In this document: positions 1 to 13,683 of the stretch, in pieces | How positions within the stretch are numbered: the stretch's first letter is position 1 | How the letters are laid out: each line of letters opens with the position of its first letter | DNA from: Guillardia theta CCMP2712 | Taxonomy: Eukaryota; Protista; Cryptophyta | Assembly: GCF_000315625.1 (NCBI RefSeq) | Contig: NW_005434621.1 | Location: forward strand, 24,943-61,925 | Reading direction: 5' to 3' | Length of the DNA stretch: 36,983 nucleotides | The notes under the pieces: model-generated | Database searches by the model: none | What the model was told of the DNA's origin: nothing | What the model saw: only the letters and a program-made list of their open reading frames with translations | Program-made: the position numbers and the translations under genes

Positions 1-1041
1 CGACAGTTGAGGCTTTTCTTCGCTTCCGTGTCAGGTGGGGGAAGTGAAGGGGAGGGGGGCAGAAGGGAGGGGAGGAGAGAAAGAGAACGAGAGAGAGAGA
101 GAGGGAGGAGGAGAAGGAGGAGGAGAAGGAGGAGGAGCGGGGTGGGGGAGCGGGGAGCGGGGAGCGGGAGGAGGAGGAGGAGGAAGGGGAGGGGGAGGGG
201 GAGGCATTTGGAGGTCTTATGCAGGAGGAGCAGGAGATGGCTACATCAATATCTGGGACATGTCGATTTCTACCCTTGACCCCATCTTGACCGAAGAAAT
301 TCTCCCTGCAAAGGTAAGAGGACATGCAATCGAGCTTGTTCCTCCCTTGCTTCTTCGTCCTCTCTCTCTCCTTCGTCCTCTCCCTCTCCTTCGTCCTCCC
401 TCTCTTCTTCGTCCTGCCTTCCTCCTCCCTCCTCCCACCCTCCTCCCTTCTGCGTTATTCCTCCTCTGTTTCCTCGTTTCCGCCCTTGGCTTCTTCTGCT
501 CTTGAACCACTTCTCCTCCTCCTCCTCTTTATCCCCTCCTCCTCCTCCTCCTTACGACTGTCGTTCTTCAGCCTTCTTCCATCCTCTTTTCCCCAACAGC
601 GACGTCATCGTTGCTGGCGACAGCACAGGAAGAGTTCTAGTGTACAGGTGAGGAGCAATTGCAGAGGAGATCGAGAGAGGGAGAGAGGGAGAGAGGAAGA
701 GAGGGAGAGGAGGGGGCGGGGAGAGAATGGAAGAGGAGGATGGGGGGAAGAAAGGGAGGAGGGATCAGGGGCATGCAGGGAGAGGCTGGGAAGATGAAGA
801 TGCTGTTGAGCGGCGTGTGATGATACTGCAGGCTGCTCGGATTTGCCAAGTCGAGTTCTCACGAGGAGCAGGTAGAGGATGAGGGAGGGGAGGGGAGGGA
901 GGGGAGGGAGGGAGGGGAGGGGAGGGAGGGGAGGGGAGGGGAGGGAGGGGAAGGGAGGGAGGGAGGGATTGCCGTGACTGAGTTATTTCTCAGGTTGCAA
1001 AGTTGGAAAAAGCTCTTGCAGCGAAAGACAACGTGGAATGA
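1..1041 (+). CDS. 3' part of a WD40 axonemal dynein intermediate chain (WDR78/DNAI4/IC138-like); gene begins upstream of the window
   Basis: GT-AG exons at about 1-34, 234-313, 572-647, 832-871 and 994-1041 splice to FFASVSGDGYINIWDMSISTLDPILTEEILPAK-PSSILFSPNSDVIVAGDSTGRVLVYRLLGFAKSSSHEEQVAKLEKALAAKDNVE*. This resembles the last two WD repeats and terminal helix of dynein intermediate chains. It needs one extra base in the C-run near 591. Confidence 0.7.
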
Positions 1042-1182
1042 ACAAGTCGATGAGATGATGCCAATTGTTTCGACGACGACGACGACGACGACGATGAGGA
1101 GGAGGAGGCGGTGGAGGATACGAAGGATGATGAAGAGAAAAGATACAAGTAACATGAACACGTTGGTTCATACAAGATCTGT

Positions 1183-3831
1183 TCATGTCTTCCTGTTCTT
1201 CTTCTTCTTCTTCTCTGATCCCTGTTTACCGTCATCGGGCGACATTGGAGCAAACTTTGACCTCACCTTGGCTGTTTCCTCCTTCCCTATCCCTGCCATC
1301 ATGTCAGTTGATCCGCTCACTTCTCCCTCCCCTGCTCCTCCTCCTCCTCCTCCTCCTCACCTTGAGCCTCCGAGGAGCTTCCACTCTGTTGTTGCTGTGT
1401 GCAAAAAGTTGTCAAGGGATGTCGATTCCTCCTCCTCCTCCTCCTCCTCCTCGTCCTGGCCGGAGTCGTCGAGCTCGTTATAGTGCACTGCCTACATCTC
1501 CGCATAGACGTTGGAATGCTCCTTGCTTCCGCTCTGATCGCCTTGTAACTTCACGCCATCACCTATCATCTGACTCGATAAATGCCTGCATCCCTCCACC
1601 CGTCCGAGTTCTCTAGCGCTGTCTGAGATGTGCTGACAGACAGCACAGTCACAACGCGACATGATAGGCNNNNNNNNNNNNNNNNNNNNNNNNNNNNNNN
1701 NNNNNNNNNNNNNNNNNNNNNNNNNNNNNNNNNNNNNNNNNNNNNNNNNNNNNNNNNNNNNNNNNNNNNNNNNNNNNNNNNNNNNNNNNNNNNNNNNNNN
1801 NNNNNNNNNNNNNNNNNNNNNNNNNNNNNNNNNNNNNNNNNNNNNNNNNNNNNNNNNNNNNNNNNNNNNNNNNNNNNNNNNNNNNNNNNNNNTCCAAAAA
1901 CCCGCTTCCCTCCTGCATTTGAATCATCAGGATGGGAATGGAGAAGAGAAGGGAAGGGGGAGGAGAAACTGAGAGCAGAGGAGAAGGCGGAGGAGAAGGA
2001 CAGGGGAGAGCAAGAAGAAAGAGGAGAAGATGGATGAAAGAACAAGGGAGAAGGCAGAATAGAAGGCAGAGCGACAAGGCGAAAGTAAGGCAGCAACCTG
2101 TTTTTCGCGTTTCTCTTCCACCATACTGTTATCCTGAGCGCTGACCTACCAAAGATCATCAGCGAACGCTCTGATCCTCCGCTCCGCTCCCATTGGCTCT
2201 CCTCCTCTTTGCTCCTCTCCGCTCGGCCCCTTCCCCCTCCCTTCTCTCTCTCTTCTCCACCTCGGTCTGCTTGGCTCGCTTCTCCCGCTTGCTCGCCCTC
2301 TCCTTGTACCTCCGCTCTTCCCTGTTTGCTCCCTGCACCTCCACCTGCACGCCAGCGTGAGGACGATACAGAGAAGCAGGAGGAGAGGAACCCTCCGCTC
2401 TTCGAGGCGAGCCATGATCCTCTGCAGGTTTTCCTTCCTCGTTTGCTCTTCGGAAATGTAGAAGAAAGCGCAGCTGGTACGAAAGGAGGAAAAGGGGGAA
2501 AGACGGAGGGAAAGGATGGGGGAGGAGGGGGGGAGGAGGGGGAGGAGCAGGCGGATAGGAGAGAAGTAATGGAGTAGGAGAAGAAAGATGGAGAGAAAGA
2601 GGAGGAGGAGGAGGAGGAGGATGGTAGAGATGCACAGAAGAAGAGAAACGAGGAGCGAGACAAACCCGTGGAGAGAGGAGGGAATCGATCAAGGAACGGA
2701 AGAAGGAGGAAGAAGATAGGATCGGATAAGTTCGCAAGGACTCAGTTTCAACCCTTCCACTGCAAGTCTCACAGTACCTGAAGGCGACGATGGCGGAGAG
2801 AGCTGCTGTGACCTGAGCGCTAAGGAGACAACTTCACGACAACATAGCGCACGTGGCTTCCGAAGAGTCCAGCATGGTCTCATCTCTCCACTCATTGCTT
2901 TACCCTCCTTGGCTAAGTCCTTCCTCCTTGTTCCTCCTTCTTACTCTTCCTATCGCTCTTCCTCCTCCTCCTCCTCCACCACCACCTCCTCCTCCCCCTC
3001 CCCCTCGCTCCTCCTCCTCCTCGCTCCTCCTCCTCGCTCCTCCATCCATCCATCCCTCCCTTCTTTCCCATTCTAATCCTCTACCTCTCCATCAGCACAC
3101 CTGTACAGGATCGGGATGTTATCCGCAAGGTCCTTGAGTGCCTTCACTTGCAGCTGTTCCGAGGAGAGGAGGAGGACGGGAGCGGCTGCTGCTGCTCCTC
3201 CGATGACGGTGTAGAGCTGCAGCCTGACGGGTCTGGCAGGGCGATATGAGGGAGTAGAGCGGGGAATCAGCCCGTTGCTACCTCAGTGGGGTAGCCTTCC
3301 TCTCCGCTTCAATCACTGCCTCTGGAATCTCCTCCCCCGAAGCTGACATCATCCGTACCTTGACCCTCCCCGTCACTCGCTCAATGCAACTGCAGCAGCG
3401 ACCACGGAGTGGCTGACCTGCATGGTGCGACCTGTCCGGATGCGACCCAGTGGAGTGCCCAGGGATGGCAGCGAGTGGAAGGAGGAGACGGCACAGACGC
3501 AGCTGAGGAAAACAACCTGCTCGAGTGCTAGTCCTTCAGCGGCAACTGGCGCCCTGCTCATCCCCAGCCCCCTCTCCCGCATGCTCATCTACCCACACAC
3601 GCCGCTCTCCTCCCTTCCCTGCTCACCATGCCTACTCCCCCCTCCTACGTGTTCCTGCACTAATTGTGGCTTCACCTTTGAACCTTTCCTCTTCCTCCTC
3701 TATCCCATCCTCTGTCCCATCCTCTGTCCCTCCTCTTCCAAGGCCCCTTATCTTCCTCCTCCCTCCCCCTTCGTCTCGTCCTCTCCCTTCTCCGCCGTTG
3801 TTCCTCTCACCGCGACTTGGATCCTCGCCAT
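1183..3831 (-). CDS. Predicted plastid-targeted two-TM protein, LPA1/DUF3493-like (multi-exon, crosses an assembly gap)
   Basis: Exons 3831-3811, 3516-3418 and later ones splice to MARIQVAVVFLSCVCAVSS-FHSLPSLGTPLGRIRTGRTMQVRMMSASGEEIPEAVIEAERKATPLRPVRLQLYTVIGGAAAAAPVLLL...ILYSAQVTAALSAIVAFSCAFFYISEEQTRKENLQRIMARLEERR. An acidic/Lys-rich tail ends KKKKKNRKT* at 1183. Joining the part beyond the gap to this gene is assumed, and the family call is from remembered motif similarity. Confidence 0.6.
1670..1892. other. Assembly gap
   Basis: N run. Confidence 0.99.
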
Positions 3832-4420
3832 GCCGTAGGGAGGCCGAAGGCGTCGTTCTGGACTGCAAGGGTACGGGGATATGGGAGTTTTATTAGAGCC
3901 CGACTCGATAAATACGTGTACTAGAGCCCACTACTCATCACTCAGCTTCCCCTGTAGTGATCCGGTCACGAAAGCAGGTCACGAAGTGTCCGAATCTACC
4001 CCTCATCCCCGCATGGCCCGGGCCTCCGGCGGTCCGGCCAGTCCGGCAGTCATCAACTGCCGGTCGGCCCCGTCGATGACCAGGGGAGGGGCGGGGGGCC
4101 AGAATGGGGGGCCGAGAGTTGGAATTTTAAAATGGTTTTAATATGTCCTCGGAATCACTTCTTTTCGTCCTGTTTTGAAACCATTAGTTCCATATGACTT
4201 CTTTTCAACAATTGGTAAGCTGAAAAGGATTGCTTTCGTCCGTCGGTTTCCATAGATAAGCCTTAGGAGGTCAGAGGAACCACCTATCTGTCATAGTAGA
4301 AGTCATTCTGCTATGACCCACGGCCTAGCAATCCCTGACTGCCAATTTCGCTTACCGCCTAGGAGGTTTGGCAGGCGCATCATGAACTTGTAAAATTTTG
4401 GTGGCACTTTTGAGCACCCG

Positions 4421-4979
4421 GTGAAAAAACTTCGTGTCAGCAGTAGTCGGAAGGAGAGGGAGAAGACGAGAGGAGCTAGAAACGACGAGGGAGGGAGTGA
4501 AGGAAACAAGGAAGAACGAACACAGGGGACAGCGTACTTGTTCGCACACTTTCTGCAAGGAGGAACGTTGCTCCGAAGACTAGTTGGACGAGGAAGAAGA
4601 AAACGCCGAGAACGAAGCCGTGAACACATAACAGAATGCAAGTTTGTGACTACCTGCCAGCCATCGATGCTTGCTCGTGTCCCAAGAAGCCAGACACTGG
4701 AAATCAGACGTCGCGGTCAGATGTCCGAGACATCAAGAAACAATTTGGAATAGAAAAAGAGAGGGACGAATCTGTCGTTGAAGCACAGCAGTATTTCAAG
4801 TCCTGTATCTACAAGTGCATGCATAGCGACGAGTGCAAGTGCATGTCCTTGCCTCAGTCTGTTTATCACAAGGAACCCTCCAATGATATGCCATTTAAAT
4901 CTCTATCGACGCTCATTCTCACTAGGCTTCACAGCATATAAGATGGGCTTCACTGCAGCCTCTCAGAGCTGAACCTTAG
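4421..4979 (+). CDS. Possible small hypothetical Cys-containing protein (structure unresolved)
   Basis: Protein-like frame AIDACSCPKKPD...QYFKSCIYKCMHSDECKCMSLPQSVYHK at about 4660-4870. No convincing start codon or family. Confidence 0.25.
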
Positions 4980-5142
4980 CAATATCATGATTCCACCTGA
5001 CCTTTGATTATCACGTATTGCTTGCACTTGTATGCTTAGGATACATTCTCCTCTTGTAAATAAAGAAGAAACGTATATGTTGGTTTTGCACAGTTCTATT
5101 CACAGGAAATGAATGAAAAAACAATAGGAATCTCACAAGATG

Positions 5143-7082
5143 TTACAACATGAACGAATGAAATGCTCTGCACGAATGAAAATAGTCGCTTCCAGGGATC
5201 CACTTTCCCTCAGCGCCTCCACCCTGAATTTGTGTCAAAGAGATTGCCATACTTCACCGCTAACCAATACCTCAATCGACTGCCTCGCGATATCATCCCA
5301 ACGATCCAACTCATAGTTGTACCTGTTGTGATAGGACAGACCTGTTAGCAAAGAGCTATGCAGATCGAGTATGTCAACGTTACCTTTCCATGGAGCATTT
5401 TGAACCTGATTGATCCGGCTTGCTCCCAATTACATGCAGGACTCCACCCAAAGCTACCAGAGCAAAGCTACCACGATCTCGATTGAGACTAGCCTAGTCT
5501 GGAATTCAGAACAGACAAAGAGAAATAGAGCAATAAATCAATCACCATGTTCTTCCAAGACCCTGATGACGGATTATAGCTTTCTACTGCCCCTGTTCGT
5601 TGCAACTGTGGTGCAGCTTTAGTTTCTAAAGTGTTGGAGGAAGGGATTTACCATTTCATCAAATCCACCAGCAAAGTATAATCTCCCAGAAACAGAAACC
5701 AATTGCATGCACACTCTTGGCGATGGCATGAACGTCACTACGGTCCACTTGTCAATGGATTCATCGTAACTGCAAAGAACTCTAAGCAAGTCTGGAAACA
5801 ATCAGAATTTTTCCACCGTTCTACGGAGTCCAAGACATTCTTGTTGTTGTCCAGGCCACCAGCCTGACGGAAACCATGCTCAAATCGAAAGAAGCAAGAA
5901 ACCTTGAATGTACCACATAAATGCAACCATCTAGCACTGCAGCGGCAGCGAATGATCGTGCATGATTCTGTGGTGTTCACCAGCAATGGTCAGTGGTTCA
6001 TAACTCAATCTAACAGACACATACAAGGTCAGCAACACGCTCCCATTTTCCTTGTTCAGTATTCAGGCGTTCAACACTGTAAACATTCGAGTCAGTGACG
6101 AAGTGGGTTGGTGTCTTAATCTGCAAATCACCTGGATAGAGCGCCTCGCAAGTTGTCACCGCCAATAGCGTAAATTTTCGAGTGCAGGACAGCAGCACAA
6201 TGAGACGATCTACAACTAAAAATCAAAACCAGCTTTATCATTCAGCTGAAAATGCCTGGGAGAGGTCATCTCAGGTGCAGATTTCCAACCGCTGTGTCCA
6301 TCGTAACATTCCACACTCCTGTCGAATTTCACAATTGTCAGCAGTCAAGTGAGGCTGTACGTCTATTACTTCGTCACCTTAGCCGTTCAAAAGCCCCCTG
6401 CATACCACCCATAATGTACAACTTGGATTGCAGCTCTGCGGCAACCTTTCGGAGAACAAGTATCACCCACGATTCCGAAAGTTAGAACTTTTTCATTCGC
6501 ACCGCGAAAAAACGAGGATGCTGAAGTTCAGGAACCTCTCTCCAGATTCTCTGATCGACCTCGAATCTGTAGACCTAACACAAAAAGTCAGAGCAAGTAT
6601 GCAATGGGTTGTTCATGTGTTGTTCGAATCAGTTTGTGGACTTACAGTGCAAAGTGCTTGCAAACGTTTGCAACAGCCGCCAATTGCATAAATTCCCCGA
6701 AGGTTTATGTAGTCAGTGTGAGCCTTCTTGTACAAAGATTTCCATTCCAATGTGGAGTCTTGGTTGCTCATGTCCCACACAGAAAGATGCTGACAAACAA
6801 AAGCGCATGAACGTGTCAGAGCAGTTTTCCAAACTTTCGAATTTTGGTACTCACAGGTGGGAAATCCCGAAACGCCAATCTCCTCCAAAGGTGTTCTGAA
6901 TTGCTGATCGCATAGATCATTCGACATGTGCTCATAACCTTGCCAATCTCTTCCGCTGGTAGGTAGATAAGAATCTCGTGAAGAATGTCGGAGAGATTCA
7001 GAATCATGTTCTCATCGAAATTGTTTTTGATCTCTACGGACTGGCTTTTGCAGAACCTGTGCACATGCCCAGGGTTCTGCAT
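5143..7082 (-). CDS. F-box/kelch-repeat protein
   Basis: N-terminal F-box (LSDILHEILIYLPAEEIGKVMSTCRMIYAISNSEHLWRRL). Kelch pieces in short exons: IYAIGG, LYIMGG, AGGLDNNKNVLDSVER, YDESIDKWTVVTFMPSPRVCMQLVSVSGRLYFAGG, RYNYELDRW. Last exon GGGAEGKWIPGSDYFHSCRAFHSFML*. Start is either 7082 or 7007. Confidence 0.85.
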
Positions 7083-9238
7083 GCTGCAACAAGGTTGGGC
7101 CACGGGACTCAGCATGCTCTTGCTCTCAATGCCGCCAATGCAGCGCTCATGTACATTGCGTCAGTCCCTGCAGGGATGGGATGTAACCAGTTAGTTGAGG
7201 AGCGGGATGGAGGGGTACTCAACAATGCCAGGCGGGTAACCCAAACCCTGTTCACTTAGTAGGGTAGGGTACTGATGAAAGGGGACAATATGGTCTTGGG
7301 GTACCCAGGGAATGGGTAGGGGTTAGCAATGGAGGGGTATGTTTTGAGCATGGGCCCCCAACGGGCAGTGCGAGTACTGTCCGAGTTTGCTATGAGTGGG
7401 GGTGGTCGGTCCCATCGACACGGCCATGCACTGGAGGCTAATAAGAAATGGTTCAGTCATTGAGAGGAGGGTGGGGGTGGTTACGTTAGAGTGTGGTAGG
7501 GGTAAGGGTCCAGATAGTGGTGGAAGTGATGGGAGCCTTTCTCGACATAGCAACTAGGGGGTAGGGGTGGGGGTTGGGGTGGTCATCCAAAGGGTGCGGT
7601 TTCTTATCGAGACAAGACAATCGACAATCCGCCTTTTAGATTGAATACCCCACCCCCTTCCATGGAACACACCCCACCCTCTGAGCAATGAAATACCCTC
7701 ATATCAGTACAAAGTAGGTACCCTCACCCCCAATTCACAGACGTGGTCGCACCTACCCCCGTTGAGACTGCGTCTTACCGTGCGGCTGCCATGGAGGTAA
7801 CGTGATCATGACCTGCAGGGCACGGACCCTCACCCCCTTTTAGCCCTAGGATCTACCACCCTACCCATGGTAAGATAAGAGGTCTTCCTTGTGGGGATCA
7901 AAGCAGGAAAATTTCTCAATTGAGCTTCAAGTTCTGAAGGCTAAGCCCTCTCCTGCCTTCTCTGATTTCAGGAACCTCAAGATCGACCTTCACCCGGGCC
8001 GGAGTCCCACTCCCCCTGCAGGGGACGAAACCCCAGGGGTCGGTTCGCATCTCAAAACTGCACAAATATTTGAAATTACGGAGTCATATTGAATGTTACA
8101 TTGTAATTTTCAATGGTGTATTGAAAACTGATTTTGGACAAGAACCCCTGGTTTCTACCTGGACCACCTACCCATCCCTCAAGTTTACCACGGTTCCTCA
8201 GGTGTAGGTACCACCCACCCTTCATGGCTATGAAATGAAGGGGTGCTCATGGATAAAGTAAAACACATTTATAACGACCCCCTTCATCAGTCCCCAAACC
8301 CTAAAAAAATTGTCCTCTACAATGCGCCTCTTGCGACGCAGAATGAGTGCGTGTGGAGGAGGGGAAGAGGGAGGGAGAGAGGATGGAAATTGATTCGGAA
8401 TGGGAAGAATGCAGGACGAAGATACGAGTACAATGAATAGCGCGAGGTATGCTGTAGAGAATGAAGAGAAATGTCGTGTGTCAGGAGTCATGTGGGGAAC
8501 GGCATACCTTGTTGAGGTCCGAACCGAACAAGCAAAGGAATCGAATGGTAACCGTTGCCAGATAGAGTGTGTTAACGTGGAAAGGAGAGAGCTCTATGGG
8601 TGCTGGACGGAAGGTGACAGCTGACAGAGTCTAGCAGCGGAGCTGGGATACTAATTAATACAATGTAGAGGTCAATTCCAACACCCTTTGCTTAACACAT
8701 AGAAGCATGATTTGCAGAAGATGGTCTATACCTGTCCCTTCTTCAGGACGCTCTCCACGCCTCCCCCCCCACGCCTCCCCCCCCACCCCCGAGAACTTTC
8801 TATGGAAGAGTATTTATCCTCGATTCTTGAATTGCGATGTATGTATGTTGCTGTTTGTTTGTGATACCCATGCCGAACCCTCAAAGCGTACATGTTTAAA
8901 TATTTCACAATAAATCTCCTAACGCTCTTCATTTCCATCGCTGTCATTGGTTTGAATCTCTTTGCTCTGGCTTCGTCAAACAGGCATGGCCTCAGTCGTC
9001 AGCCTCAAACCTGGCCGGTGGACTCGGAGTAGTGATGTGCTCGCAGTCGTACTTGCCCGGGTCATGTACCGTACGGTCCGATCACGCCGGTCTCAGTTAC
9101 GGTGCTTCTCACTTGCTCGGCTCAAGTCTCGTCGCTGGCCCGAGTCTTGGAAACATCACATGAAGCCCTCAACCCTGACACACTGGCACGGCGGGGCATG
9201 CTGGAGCCGTGACTTCGGAGTGCCATGACCGTTCTAGT

Positions 9239-9481
9239 ACGGCGAGAAGACCCAGACGGAGAAAAGACAGGGTGAACCAATTGTTATCCGTCCCACTGCC
9301 GCATTGTCCCAAACTTACTATGTGACTGATACCTTCCGAGGTTCACATCGCCATGATTGAACCGTTCACTCAACTGTGCGCAGCACTGGCAATGATCTGT
9401 AGTGAAGGTATCAGTTAAGTTTGGGGGACAGCAGTCGGCAGGAATAGGTTTGGTTCTCGCTGTCTTATCTCTTCTCGCCGT
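9239..9481. repeat. Long imperfect inverted repeat (foldback)
   Basis: Nested complementary blocks: 9239-9250/9470-9481, 9264-9270/9460-9466, 9274-9280/9450-9456, 9308-9317/9416-9425, 9325-9336/9404-9415. Confidence 0.85.
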
Positions 9482-9506
9482 TTGGCCTGTGCGACAGTCA
9501 GGGTCA

Positions 9507-9566
9507 AGCCTCCTCGACTCTCCTGATTGTCCTCGTACTGATTTTTAACTTAACTTTGAGTAAAGA
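9507..9566 (-). repeat. Dispersed conserved non-coding element, copy 1
   Basis: The reverse complement of 9521-9566 matches 21679-21724 at 41 of 46 nt; both copies also share a GAGTC(C)GAGGAGGCT block. Confidence 0.85.
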
Positions 9567-9633
9567 GGCCGCTGATTGGCCCCGGATCATCGGATGATTT
9601 CACTCAATTCCCAATCGGGCACATAACTTGGGC

Positions 9634-13679
<4,046 letters not shown>

Positions 13680-13683
13680 AAGT

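Noticed and set aside
7-3137. Long poly-S/P/L/G/E/R ORFs in the track (also around 11362-13605, 25331-26422 and 27172-28840)
   Set aside because: They are stop-free GGA/CCT intron tracts, antisense shadows of real genes or read-through of N gaps.
4160-4290. Hammerhead ribozyme suggested by GGACGAAA on the minus strand
   Set aside because: No CUGANGA core with correctly placed stems.
7230-8305. Interstitial telomere array
   Set aside because: Only isolated AAACCCT/AGGGT words, with no tandem telomeric repeat.
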